Shown here: in pieces, positions 48,479 through 57,758 of the stretch | Layout: each line of letters opens with the position of its first letter | How positions within the stretch are numbered: the first letter of the stretch is position 1 | From: Patescibacteria group bacterium | GTDB taxonomy: Bacteria; Patescibacteriota; Minisyncoccia; Phycocordibacterales; Phycocordibacteraceae | DNA: 64,000 nt | Assembly (NCBI GenBank): GCA_019752595.1 | Contig: JAIELV010000001.1 | Location: 248,486 to 312,485, forward strand | Reading direction: 5' to 3' | Position numbers and translations under genes: made by a program | The notes under the pieces: generated by a model | The model's input: the letters and a program-made list of their open reading frames with translations, nothing else | What the model was told of the DNA's origin: nothing | Database searches by the model: none

Positions 48479-49588
48479 TTACAAAGAAAGATACGGAGCG
48501 GGGGTTAAATTACGCGCGCCTTTTTTTGTGATGAGCACGTCATCTTCAATTCGTACTCCGCCGAGATTGGGAATGTAAATTCCAGGCTCATTACTCATCA
48601 CTGTTCCTGGGAGGAACGCATCGTGCGCGTAATTATAGGGATCGTGCGTTTCAAGTCCCACGCTATGCCCAAGCCCGTGCGTAAAATACGCGCCGTACCC
48701 TTTCTCTGTTATGTACTCGCGCGCCACTGCGTCGTACTCTTTCCATGTCATTCCTGAAGTAAGCGCACGAAATGCTTTCGCATTTGCCTCGCGCACAATG
48801 GTGTATATGCGCATAAGCTTTGCATGTGGTTTTTTCCCAGGGACAAATATCGTTCGCGTTATGTCTGAGCAGTATCCACCATCAAATACCCCACCGAAAT
48901 CTAAAACAACTGGATCACCCGCTTTGAGGCGACGATTACCTGTCTCATGGTGTGGAATAGCAGAGTTCGCGCCCGAAGCGACAATGGTATCGAAGCTATT
49001 TTTAAGCGCCCCCTGTTTTCGTAGCTCACTATCAATGATCTGCGCTACTTCTCGCTCCGTCTGTCCTGCCCGTATACGCTTCTCTACAGCCATAAAAGCT
49101 TGGACGGTCATTTTCCCCGCACGAGAAAGGAGGCGAATTTCCTCTGCATCTTTCACCTGGCGTTCTTGTTCCACCATTCCCTTTGTAGGAACAAGCTTGC
49201 AGGAAAGCTCCTTTTTCCATACTCCTGCCATCGCATAAGAAACTCGATTGCTTTCAAAGCCGATACGTGACTTTTTAGAAATATGTAACTCCTGCAGAGC
49301 CGACGCCGTATACGATATAAAATCCGCTTTCTTTTTTAAATCTTTTTTAATCTCTGCTACACGCACGCCGAGCGCTTCACGCTCTGCTCGAAGGGTATAC
49401 CGCGGGTCAACAACAAGCACTGCTTCTTTTCGAGTAATCAGGAGCGCGCCCGTGGTACCGCCAAATCCGGTGAGGTAGCGAACGTTTTTGCTGCTGTCTT
49501 CAATAGTAACAACAAGGAGGCCGTCAATTTTTTCTTTCTGCAATCGGGCGCGAAGTGCATGTATTCTTTTTCGGTGTATGTTTTTCAT
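48479..49588 (-). CDS. Xaa-Pro aminopeptidase / M24B metallopeptidase
   Basis: Pita-bread metal ligands: DFGGVFDGGYCSDITRT, HGLGHSVGLETHD, NEPGIYIPNLGGVRIEDD. Confidence 0.85.
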   Translation of the reverse strand: MKNIHRKRIHALRARLQKEKIDGLLVVTIEDSSKNVRYLTGFGGTTGALLITRKEAVLVVDPRYTLRAEREALGVRVAEIKKDLKKKADFISYTASALQELHISKKSRIGFESNRVSYAMAGVWKKELSCKLVPTKGMVEQERQVKDAEEIRLLSRAGKMTVQAFMAVEKRIRAGQTEREVAQIIDSELRKQGALKNSFDTIVASGANSAIPHHETGNRRLKAGDPVVLDFGGVFDGGYCSDITRTIFVPGKKPHAKLMRIYTIVREANAKAFRALTSGMTWKEYDAVAREYITEKGYGAYFTHGLGHSVGLETHDPYNYAHDAFLPGTVMSNEPGIYIPNLGGVRIEDDVLITKKGARNLTPAPYLSL

Positions 49589-50157
49589 CTCTTGTGCGCT
49601 TGTGGTACCAAGACATCACGAAGTACATATGCAACAGCGGTTGCAAGAATGACAGCACCCACATAGACAGCGAGAATTGCTTCGTATTCGTACGGTATAG
49701 ATTTAAACGCGCCAAGAATAATAGCCGAAACCCACGATACCGCTGAGAGCACACCACTTCCGATGAGTGCTAATTTCCAGAATTTTGACCGATGCGCGGT
49801 TAATGATTCATTCAAGCGCTTTTTCATTCTTGGGATATGCACCGCATGCAAAAGGAAACCGTTTGCAATCAAAATCGTAACCACAGTCATCTTTACTAAA
49901 AATTTTGACGACGCCAAATACTTCTCAGGGTCAAGGGAGAAAAGGAATGCGCCTGAGACGACAAGAACCACAAGACCTATGGTGACGCAGTATCCGCCAA
50001 TCTCGATAAAACCCATTTCTGTTTTTGTGATTTTGTTATCCCGCACTGCTTTTAGAAACAAAAGGTCAGACACAAAAGCTCCACCCGCGCCAAACGCGAT
50101 GCCTAAGAGGTGGCCGATAAGATACACCGTTCTTGGGTCAATGAATGAAAAATCCAT
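49585..50157 (-). CDS. hypothetical membrane protein (5 predicted TM helices)
   Basis: Hydrophobic ORF that overlaps the pepP-like start by 4 bp. Confidence 0.5.
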   Translation of the reverse strand: MDFSFIDPRTVYLIGHLLGIAFGAGGAFVSDLLFLKAVRDNKITKTEMGFIEIGGYCVTIGLVVLVVSGAFLFSLDPEKYLASSKFLVKMTVVTILIANGFLLHAVHIPRMKKRLNESLTAHRSKFWKLALIGSGVLSAVSWVSAIILGAFKSIPYEYEAILAVYVGAVILATAVAYVLRDVLVPQAHKR

Positions 50158-50160
50158 AGG

Positions 50161-50316
50161 CTACCACTCTCTACGTACAAAAAGATACACCGATAAACAC
50201 AGTAAAAAAACAAGAGAAATGATAAATGCCGTCTGGAGAGAAAGGAGCGAGGTTGCAAGAACGACGATGAGCGCGAGTAGTGGAATCGCGCCTTCAACCT
50301 GATTCTGCGGTTTCAT
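50161..50316 (-). CDS. unannotated small hydrophobic ORF (51 aa, MKPQNQVEGAIPLLALIVVLATSLLSLQTAFIISLVFLLCLSVYLFVRREW)
   Basis: Translated by hand. It ends 3 bp before the downstream membrane protein and lies below the 60-aa cutoff of the ORF track. Confidence 0.25.
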   Translation of the reverse strand: MKPQNQVEGAIPLLALIVVLATSLLSLQTAFIISLVFLLCLSVYLFVRREW

Positions 50317-50334
50317 CCTGAAACTATACCAAAG

Positions 50335-50586
50335 TTACTGAGGTTCGGCAGGCACAAAACGCGGATGAGTGATTCCATCTTGCCACAAAACAGGCTCTAA
50401 AAATTCATCTGTATTCCGCACATAGACTGCCCCATCTTTCTCCGCGCGGTACACCACAACACTCACCCCATCAGCAGCATTGGTCGCATTTTTTGCAACA
50501 GCAACAACGGTATACATGCCCCCTTTGTAGTGTTGATACCGTGCGCCTTCCTGTATATCTGTGACGTCACTCATATACTCACGCAC
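50335..50586 (-). CDS. DUF1653-like small protein
   Basis: YQHYKGGMYTVVAVAKNATNAADGVSVVVYRA resembles the DUF1653 core. Confidence 0.45.
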   Translation of the reverse strand: MREYMSDVTDIQEGARYQHYKGGMYTVVAVAKNATNAADGVSVVVYRAEKDGAVYVRNTDEFLEPVLWQDGITHPRFVPAEPQ

Positions 50587-50624
50587 TTGCAGAATCAGGG
50601 TATTTCCAAACTTTTGCTCGGATG

Positions 50625-50990
50625 CTAACTCGCTGCTTCATCTACAACAGAAACGCGACAACCAGGATGTGTTTCAATACCGTTTTCGACCACGAAACCG
50701 CTAAAGTCTTTTATAGAGAACGAAACGCCTACATCATTTGCAAACGTAATACCTGAATCGTCGGCTGATATTTGCTTCAGTGTAATGACTCGATTATCCG
50801 AAAGTGAAATGCGTGCCACGTTGTCTCCGAATTCAGCCACAAGATTTTTACCGTTCGCGCACACGTACTCAATCGGTGCTCGATATTTATTATTGTCCAA
50901 AAGCGTGTTCCCTCCGAGGAAATACACAACGGCCAGTGCACCGAGGAGAACAAGTATCAGAACCCCGACAATGATGCTTATTGTTTTCAT
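50625..50990 (-). CDS. membrane-anchored protein with an MliC/PliC-like (lysozyme-inhibitor-like) domain (start re-assigned to MKTISIIV)
   Basis: TM anchor followed by a Cys...Cys beta-domain (YVCANG ... HPGC). The family assignment is tentative. Confidence 0.4.
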   Translation of the reverse strand: MKTISIIVGVLILVLLGALAVVYFLGGNTLLDNNKYRAPIEYVCANGKNLVAEFGDNVARISLSDNRVITLKQISADDSGITFANDVGVSFSIKDFSGFVVENGIETHPGCRVSVVDEAAS

Positions 50991-51024
50991 ATCTTTTAAG
51001 TATAAACGATTACCATTCGCGCTC

Positions 51025-52152
51025 TTATTTTTTCCAAATAGCTTGTGTTGCCTTCCATCCGTATTTGACAATCACTACCAAAAGAAGGAAGTAAAGAATG
51101 TACTGAAGTGCCCAAAGCGCAAGCGCCAGTAGCGTGATGGTGACCCCCTGTACAGCACGGTTTGCGTCGTAGAAGAATTGCTGAACCGCAGCTTTCCATG
51201 AATCGCCTATCGCGTTGCCGTCGACATATTCATTTTTATACACAGACACATTGAAGAACGCATAATTCAACTTATCCGCAGCCTGCACCTTTGCGCGTGC
51301 AAGATATTCAAGTTGTTGATTGATAGAAATGCGCTCTTGGGTAAGGCGCTCAATCGTCATCACTTTACTGTTAATGATTGATGCGAGCGCTTCAGCATCT
51401 CCTGTCTGGGTTGCAAGACGAGCCACTTCGTCGTACGACGCAAGAGCCTTGGTGAGCGTGCTTTCTATTGCTTCTAATTTCTTCTCAAGTATTTCTGTTT
51501 CGGACGTAAAGTCGTCTAACTGTTGTTTGATGGTATAGGTGTTTTCAGAAAGATCGCGCGGGTTCAGATCTTTCAAGGCGTCAAGAACCGCTGAAACGGA
51601 ACCGAGCTCTACTTTGAACGAATAGAAACATCCTGAGTCAGAGATCGACGCATTTTCAAAAATAACTTCTTTCTTTTTTTTCAGATCGGCAATCTGTGCA
51701 CACGTGCCTTCGAGGTTTGTTGTTTCAATCGATGCGCTGTAATCAGAAACCTCATATAGTTCGGCTGTATTTCCTACACTCATCCCAGGACGGGGCGGAT
51801 ATATAGTGGAAGCGTTCCGTGCGGAAAATGCAGGTGCGCCCATACCTCCGCCGTACCCTGAGTCAACAACTGCATACTCTGCACTTCCTTGCATTTTCAT
51901 CATCTCTTCGCTGTACACATTCCCATCACGCTCCCACATCGGCATACCTCCTGGCAGAGAAGGGGCAGAAACACCAGACATTGCACCGCTGTAGGCGACT
52001 TTCTCGAATGAATTCTTCAGATACCCGATTGCCAAAAACGACAGCAGAAGACCTACAACGATAATAATCGCGGTCTTGGTGCCTTCAGAGAGATGTATAT
52101 TAAATTTGGAGAGGAACGCATCAAATGGATTCATATAAATGAATTTTATCAC
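51025..52152 (-). CDS. hypothetical membrane-anchored coiled-coil protein (N- and C-terminal TM helices)
   Basis: ORF only. Long coiled coil in the centre. Confidence 0.5.
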   Translation of the reverse strand: MIKFIYMNPFDAFLSKFNIHLSEGTKTAIIIVVGLLLSFLAIGYLKNSFEKVAYSGAMSGVSAPSLPGGMPMWERDGNVYSEEMMKMQGSAEYAVVDSGYGGGMGAPAFSARNASTIYPPRPGMSVGNTAELYEVSDYSASIETTNLEGTCAQIADLKKKKEVIFENASISDSGCFYSFKVELGSVSAVLDALKDLNPRDLSENTYTIKQQLDDFTSETEILEKKLEAIESTLTKALASYDEVARLATQTGDAEALASIINSKVMTIERLTQERISINQQLEYLARAKVQAADKLNYAFFNVSVYKNEYVDGNAIGDSWKAAVQQFFYDANRAVQGVTITLLALALWALQYILYFLLLVVIVKYGWKATQAIWKK

Positions 52153-53859
52153 GTAATGAAACCGCTGTATGATAAAGGCTTCATGAACGTCCTACACCAT
52201 ATGACGAAGCAGGTACCGTTGTTCTTACTGGCACTTATTGCTTTTCTCCCTTTTACGACAAGCGCCGCAGGAATTGAATACGCATCCGTAACGGAAAATA
52301 CAGAAACTGAAGTACTTATTAAGAAATCTACATTTTCAGATACCCTCTTCTATCGTTGCCAGATAGCAGATGGGGCATGCTCTGAGGTTCCTGCAGACAC
52401 AAAAATTCTGGCGCCTGGCGCAAACGCCCAGCCAGCCTACATGACCGCATACCGAAACATCCTGCCCGCAGGTTCAACGCGCTTACTGCAATTTCCTGAC
52501 GTGCGCTACATAGCTTTTTATATTCCTGGTACACAATCACGAGGCAAACGCACGTTCGGCGTGTTAGACACCACCGACCTCTCCGTGTATACGAAAGATG
52601 AAAAACTTGGATATTGGGATTTGCTTTCTGAAGGCATTCGCGTTTTTGCGGTTTCGCCTGATTCAAAAACATTGGTCTACATAGGCGACGCAAAAAATCA
52701 CCCCACGTTGTATAAGGCAGATCTTACAAAGCTCGGCACCAACGGAAAGGAACTGCCGACCGCGAAAATGTTTGCGAAGGACTACACCGTCGCTGACGTG
52801 CAATTTGCAGACAACGATACACTACTCTTCATTGCAAACCGCGAAAGCCCACACGTCTGGAATTTGTATCGCTACACTATTTCAACTGGCGCTCTCAAGA
52901 AAGTTGCTGATAACGCATCTTACGGGGTAAACATTACAAAAGCGGGTTCGGTGTTTCTTTTTGCTGAAGCGGGAGAATTTGGTATTCGGCCTAAAATATA
53001 CGATCCAAAAACTGACACCGTTTCTCAGTTCTCCCACCCCTTCGGAAACGCAGACGCCACGAAAGGAAAAGAAGTAATCAAACTCTCAAACGGTCTCTCT
53101 GGTGTTTTCCTCTTGGAGCCCTCAGGAAAATCGGACACGCTTCTCGTGTGGCTTCACGGTGGTCCCTACCGCCAAACGTCCCTTTTTTATCACCCCTACA
53201 TGAGCTACGGCGGGTATGACTGGATTTTGGAGAAAGTGCGAGATAGCGACGTTGGAGTTTTGAAGCTTGATTACCCTGGCTCATATGGATACGGGCGCAC
53301 ATTCGCAGAATCTCTCATTGGTAAAGTAGGCGTGAAGGATGTAACTGATTCGCATGCGGCGATTACTGATTTTGCCAAAAGAAACGGTTATAAAAATGTA
53401 TACCTCATGGGTAATTCCTACGGCGGTTACCTGGCGCCAAAACTTTTGGTCGACAAACCAAAATCGTACAGAGGCGCATTTGCCATTAACGGCGTAATGG
53501 ATTGGACCACCATGCTGACTGCGCTCGATACTTCTATATTCAACGTGCTGTTCAAGGGCACCGTCGGCGCGGAAAATAACAACTACGATGAGTACAACAA
53601 AGCGTCTATCTACAACAACATTCAAAACCTCACTGGCCAAAAAATGATTCTGATGCACGGCGAGAAAGACATGACTATCGGCAAGCGTCAATCAGAAGGA
53701 CTGGCGACATACATGAACTCAGTGAATGAGCCTGTGGAGCTTATCATCATGCCAGGCGAGGACCACGTGTATAAAAAACCACAAAGTTTCGTACTTCTCT
53801 GCGAGAAAGCTCTTGCGTTTGTAGGTCGTGCAGGGAAAACTGATTGCGACATAATTTAA
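52093..53859 (+). CDS. secreted S9-family serine peptidase (prolyl oligopeptidase/acylaminoacyl-peptidase-like: beta-propeller plus alpha/beta hydrolase)
   Basis: Nucleophile elbow GNSYGG. Downstream Asp and His regions LMHGEKDMTI and PGEDHVY. Signal peptide MTKQVPLFLLALIAFLPFTTSAAG. Confidence 0.8.
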   Translation: MYIKFGEERIKWIHINEFYHVMKPLYDKGFMNVLHHMTKQVPLFLLALIAFLPFTTSAAGIEYASVTENTETEVLIKKSTFSDTLFYRCQIADGACSEVPADTKILAPGANAQPAYMTAYRNILPAGSTRLLQFPDVRYIAFYIPGTQSRGKRTFGVLDTTDLSVYTKDEKLGYWDLLSEGIRVFAVSPDSKTLVYIGDAKNHPTLYKADLTKLGTNGKELPTAKMFAKDYTVADVQFADNDTLLFIANRESPHVWNLYRYTISTGALKKVADNASYGVNITKAGSVFLFAEAGEFGIRPKIYDPKTDTVSQFSHPFGNADATKGKEVIKLSNGLSGVFLLEPSGKSDTLLVWLHGGPYRQTSLFYHPYMSYGGYDWILEKVRDSDVGVLKLDYPGSYGYGRTFAESLIGKVGVKDVTDSHAAITDFAKRNGYKNVYLMGNSYGGYLAPKLLVDKPKSYRGAFAINGVMDWTTMLTALDTSIFNVLFKGTVGAENNNYDEYNKASIYNNIQNLTGQKMILMHGEKDMTIGKRQSEGLATYMNSVNEPVELIIMPGEDHVYKKPQSFVLLCEKALAFVGRAGKTDCDII

Positions 53860-53908
53860 TTAGGCTGAAAGCCTTAGTACATTAGAAGTACTCTACGTGG
53901 TGCGCTAT

Positions 53909-54250
53909 CTAGAGCCTGGTACCGAACGCTTCACCTCCGAATGCGAGGGTGAAAAGAAGTATGGAGGCAACGATGAGTGCGAGGAGGAGTACAGTGCAGA
54001 GCGCGAGCATGAGCGCTTCTTTCTTTTTACCTTCCAAAAACCATAAGATAGGTCTTCCAAAAAGAGTGAGGCCCATAACAGCCGCTGAGAGAACAAAGAG
54101 CGTCAGAAATAGAATTGGCGGCAAAAGACTTCCTTCAAACGCATTCACCAGATCCTCCCCTCTCGTCATCACGACGGCAACCAGTGCGATATACGCAACA
54201 GCGCCAAACGCATGTAAAAATCCAAGTTCTATAATTCGTGTTATTTTCAC
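53909..54250 (-). CDS. hypothetical membrane protein (3 to 4 TM helices)
   Basis: Hydrophobic ORF. Confidence 0.45.
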   Translation of the reverse strand: MKITRIIELGFLHAFGAVAYIALVAVVMTRGEDLVNAFEGSLLPPILFLTLFVLSAAVMGLTLFGRPILWFLEGKKKEALMLALCTVLLLALIVASILLFTLAFGGEAFGTRL

Positions 54251-54253
54251 TTA

Positions 54254-55750
54254 TTATATAGTACTCTCCGCATCCTTCGGGAGTTTCACCGAAACTCCTA
54301 CAGATTCTAGGTCTTTTCTGAACTGTCCCGTGTCAGTAAACACGAAGGAACGTATGCCGAGCTTTCGCGCAGCGGCTACATTCACCACATTATCGTCAAA
54401 AAAGAGAGCCTCCGAAGCATCAACAGTAAGGCGCGACAGCACAAGCTTGAATATCTTCGGATCTGGCTTTACTAGTCGCACCTGACTTGAAACGACAATC
54501 TCATCAAACAATGCTGGAACACCATTGGCGGTGCTAATATCCTCGAATAACTTCGGCTGAGAATTACTACAGAGTGCGAGTTTAAAGTTTCTTCTTAATA
54601 TCTTTGTCAGTTCTGCAAGTTCTTCGTTGAAAGTACCTGATGCAATCCATGTTGACCTCACTTCAGGACCCGTTTTCCCCTGTAAAGCGCCAAGAGCAGC
54701 GAAGAAGTCGTCTTCGTTTATTTCCCCTTTATCCGACGGTTCGCAATATCTAGCTTTCATGGCATCTGCCTGCGCTACATCAGGAAATACGGATCGAAAC
54801 CACGGTACGGCGACTTCTGTAAAAAACACTCCGTAGAAGTCGAAAATAATCGCACGCACTGGCCGAGTCCCAGGGACAGCAAGTTTTATACCGCCTGTTG
54901 CGAACACTTTTGCAGCATCGGGGAGATTTGCCACACAAGCAACATAAGAAGCTTCGAGCGCTTTTGATTCAGCCCTGAGCCCATCGCGTTTTCCGCGAAG
55001 CATCTCCACAACCTCTTTGGTCTTCTGAATTTTTTTCTGTATATCCTCATACGTGTCAATTGCTTTCTCCGCAGTATCAAATACAGTGCGCGCATCAGAA
55101 TCATTCTTCTTACCAAGAAGCACATCTTTTGCTACGCCCTCTACTTTTTTAACGACTTTATTTTTTTCTGCTTCAGCCTTCTCTTGTGCCTTTTCTTCTA
55201 AAACTCTAAGTGCTTCTTCGTAAAAAGAAACTTCGTTTTCAGCAAGCGAAAGTTCATACTTTTTTTGGTCAATTGATTCTTGTATGGCATCACAGGTGTT
55301 TCCAGATTGTGCTTCTTTTGGCTGACTTGCTTTCATATACGAATACGCGCCATATATACCTCCGCCTGCAATCGAAAGAAGTCCCAAAAGCCACACCCAG
55401 GGCGCCATGCCTGTTTCTTGAGAGGTTGTTGAAACACTTACTGGCGCTGGTGCAGATTCAGTTTCTGTTACAGGAAGTACGGGTACTACAGGCAAAGGCT
55501 TTGCAGGCTCTGCGGTCGGAACGGGCCGAGGATTTGAAGAACCAGCTGCGCTTGAGGTGGCCAATTCCGCAACAGGCATGCTTTCTGCCTGGGGTTCTGG
55601 TTTGATTTCAGCGGGCGCGCTTTGCGAGCCTGCATCGGCAGGTACTGGTGCGCCCCCTGTGCCCGCATCTGCGGGAACATCAGCGGCAAACGCAGAAGCA
55701 CCAGAAGTTACTAGAAGTACGATTGCAAAGAAAAAAATAAAACGATTCAT
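54254..55750 (-). CDS. secreted or membrane-anchored protein with a Pro/Ala-rich N-terminal region, a coiled coil and a C-terminal HAD-IA hydrolase domain
   Basis: Signal peptide. HAD motif I AIIFDFYGV, motif III K context and motif IV FFDDNVVNV. Confidence 0.6.
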   Translation of the reverse strand: MNRFIFFFAIVLLVTSGASAFAADVPADAGTGGAPVPADAGSQSAPAEIKPEPQAESMPVAELATSSAAGSSNPRPVPTAEPAKPLPVVPVLPVTETESAPAPVSVSTTSQETGMAPWVWLLGLLSIAGGGIYGAYSYMKASQPKEAQSGNTCDAIQESIDQKKYELSLAENEVSFYEEALRVLEEKAQEKAEAEKNKVVKKVEGVAKDVLLGKKNDSDARTVFDTAEKAIDTYEDIQKKIQKTKEVVEMLRGKRDGLRAESKALEASYVACVANLPDAAKVFATGGIKLAVPGTRPVRAIIFDFYGVFFTEVAVPWFRSVFPDVAQADAMKARYCEPSDKGEINEDDFFAALGALQGKTGPEVRSTWIASGTFNEELAELTKILRRNFKLALCSNSQPKLFEDISTANGVPALFDEIVVSSQVRLVKPDPKIFKLVLSRLTVDASEALFFDDNVVNVAAARKLGIRSFVFTDTGQFRKDLESVGVSVKLPKDAESTI

Positions 55751-56412
55751 GGGCGACGCACTAAATATCGTATTGAAATCGGAAGAATGCCGCCACAGAA
55801 AATCACAATACCCCCGAAGAGCACAACCACATCAAAGCCAAAGTTGTCACCTACCAAGCCACCCAGTGCGAGTGCGATACCTTGGCAGAGGAACACCATC
55901 GTTTGATACGTACCTACGGTTTCCGTATATTCGTCTTTGCTTATCGTATTAAAGAAAAGTGTGCGCCACGACAAGAGGTTCACTGTGCTCATACAGCCGA
56001 GCACAAACATCACTGCATACAACTGCCACAACTCTGTAGCAAAACTGAGATAGATGTAGCCTGAGCCATATACAAAATTTGCAATCGCCAGTCCCCATAC
56101 TTCGTCCAAATGTCCACGATGTTTATCAAAAAATCTTCCAATAGGAATAGAGATCAGCGCGGCAACGCCTTTGTACATGAGGTAGCCTAGACCAACGTGC
56201 GTTGCACTTCCACCCTCTATGTGTCCAATAACAAAGAGTGCGAGAACAACAGCGATGAACGCATCTGTAGCCCAGAACGTGACATCGTTTAAGGTCAACG
56301 CGCGAAGCATCTTCCCTTTCTTCGAGTCCTGATAAAAATCAAGCCTGTCGGGAGTTTCAAAACTTGCCATTTCAGGAATTGTACCGTACTTAGAAAAGCT
56401 CGGGTATGACAA
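55747..56412 (-). CDS. MFS-transporter-like half protein (6 TM helices, motif-A-like GRFFDKHRG)
   Basis: Resembles the C-terminal 6-TM half of an MFS permease. Possibly a truncated gene. Confidence 0.45.
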   Translation of the reverse strand: MSYPSFSKYGTIPEMASFETPDRLDFYQDSKKGKMLRALTLNDVTFWATDAFIAVVLALFVIGHIEGGSATHVGLGYLMYKGVAALISIPIGRFFDKHRGHLDEVWGLAIANFVYGSGYIYLSFATELWQLYAVMFVLGCMSTVNLLSWRTLFFNTISKDEYTETVGTYQTMVFLCQGIALALGGLVGDNFGFDVVVLFGGIVIFCGGILPISIRYLVRRP

Positions 56413-56899
56413 ACGGACCGTTGGTTTCTATCTTTACAAAGCGAACTTTTAGATTGTCTGCAAATTGCCTGTCGGTGTCCCTATCGCCAAACATAAGTGA
56501 GTTCTGAAAATCCACACCTTCCTCAACTGTACCCATATATGGATACAGTCCACCTATTGCTGGTTTTCTGCAAGTGCATCCGTCATCGGGACCATGCGGA
56601 CAGACCATGATGAAATCAAAACTAAGACCGTGCATCGCAAGTTCGTTTTTTATTTTATTCATAACAGCGTCAAAAACATCCTGTGGGTGTTTTTCCGTTC
56701 CAAGAAACGTTTGATTTGTTGCCATCACAAGCGTGTAACCTGCCTCGCGAAGCTTTTTCATTCCTTCAATTGCACCTGGAAGAAACTGAACTTCCTCTGC
56801 GCCTTTCAACGGAAATGTTTCGCGGGGATCAACGCCTTCAGGTTTTTCAGGTTCCCAAATGAATGTCCCGTCGCGATCTAAAATTGCTAGTTTTTTCAT
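56390..56899 (-). CDS. gmhB: D,D-heptose 1,7-bisphosphate phosphatase-like HAD-IIIA phosphatase
   Basis: LAILDRDGTFIWEP (motif I) and the Zn-binding CPHGPDDGCTCRKP, which is characteristic of GmhB and histidinol-phosphatase-like HAD. Confidence 0.75.
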   Translation of the reverse strand: MKKLAILDRDGTFIWEPEKPEGVDPRETFPLKGAEEVQFLPGAIEGMKKLREAGYTLVMATNQTFLGTEKHPQDVFDAVMNKIKNELAMHGLSFDFIMVCPHGPDDGCTCRKPAIGGLYPYMGTVEEGVDFQNSLMFGDRDTDRQFADNLKVRFVKIETNGPFVIPELF

Positions 56900-56930
56900 T
56901 TTTTATTTCTACACTCCATCACGCTCATTG

Positions 56931-56960
56931 ATAACTGATATGATATATCATATCAGTTAT
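56931..56960. repeat. Palindromic element copy B: perfect 30-bp palindrome ATAACTGATATGATATATCATATCAGTTAT, 32 bp upstream of the gmhB start
   Basis: I checked the 15-nt arms and they are exact reverse complements. Confidence 0.9.
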
Positions 56961-57001
56961 CTTCAGGGGTTTTTCTACTCTACGTACTAGTAAAGTAACT
57001 T

Positions 57002-57751
57002 TTATTTTAGGGCGCTTGGGTGGTGCACGCTCCACGCATACATAGCAACAGCGGCTGCGGATGCAACATTCAAAGATTCGCAATCAGGATGCATGGGGAT
57101 AGAAAGAAATTGATCACACACTGCTTTTGCGTACCCTGGAATTCCTTCCCCTTCGTTTCCAAGAACAAGTATGGTAGGTGTATCAAATTTTTCAGCAGTT
57201 ACAGGCTTTTTCCCGTCACCTGAAAGTCCGTGAACTTTCATACCTTTTTCTTTAAGTTCTGAAATCGCTTGCTGAGTATTTTCAAGAATCACGAACGGAA
57301 CGCGAAATGCCATACCAGCGGAAGCGCGTATCGCGGCGGGCGTCAGATGCGCCTGTTTTTTTTGTGGTGCCAAAACCGCCGCTGCTCCAAATGCAGCCGC
57401 CGAACGCACGATAGCGCCCACATTGTGCGGATCGGTAACTTCGCCCATGAGTACAAGAAGTGTATCCGTATTCGGTTTGAAATCTCTTACAAACACGCCA
57501 AACGGCATGCCTAAGGATGAAACGGAAATTTGTGCGATAACGCCCTGGTGTGGCGCATTGCCCTCGACTTGCGAAGTAACTTTTCGAAGATCCAGGCGTT
57601 CCGTGGGTACACCTGAATCACGAATGAGTGTCCGTAATTTCGTGTCATCCATCGTAGCCGCGACAAAAATTTTCTTCACAATCTCGGGCATTGAAATCAA
57701 CGCCTCTGCGACCGAGTGCCTTCCGTATATGAATGTTTTTGATTGCGCCAT
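57002..57751 (-). CDS. SpoU/TrmH-family RNA 2'-O-methyltransferase (RlmB-like)
   Basis: SPOUT motifs VTDPHNVGAIVRSAAAFGA, LVLGNEGEGI and SLNVASAAAVAMY. Confidence 0.8.
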   Translation of the reverse strand: MAQSKTFIYGRHSVAEALISMPEIVKKIFVAATMDDTKLRTLIRDSGVPTERLDLRKVTSQVEGNAPHQGVIAQISVSSLGMPFGVFVRDFKPNTDTLLVLMGEVTDPHNVGAIVRSAAAFGAAAVLAPQKKQAHLTPAAIRASAGMAFRVPFVILENTQQAISELKEKGMKVHGLSGDGKKPVTAEKFDTPTILVLGNEGEGIPGYAKAVCDQFLSIPMHPDCESLNVASAAAVAMYAWSVHHPSALK

Positions 57752-57758
57752 AATTTTG

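Noticed and set aside
53860-53908. Two short hairpins (AGGCT-GAA-AGCCT and TAGTAC-ATTAGAA-GTACTA) after the S9 peptidase gene as a terminator
   Set aside because: No U-run follows either hairpin. It may still be a weak or factor-dependent terminator, but it is not supportable as an intrinsic terminator.
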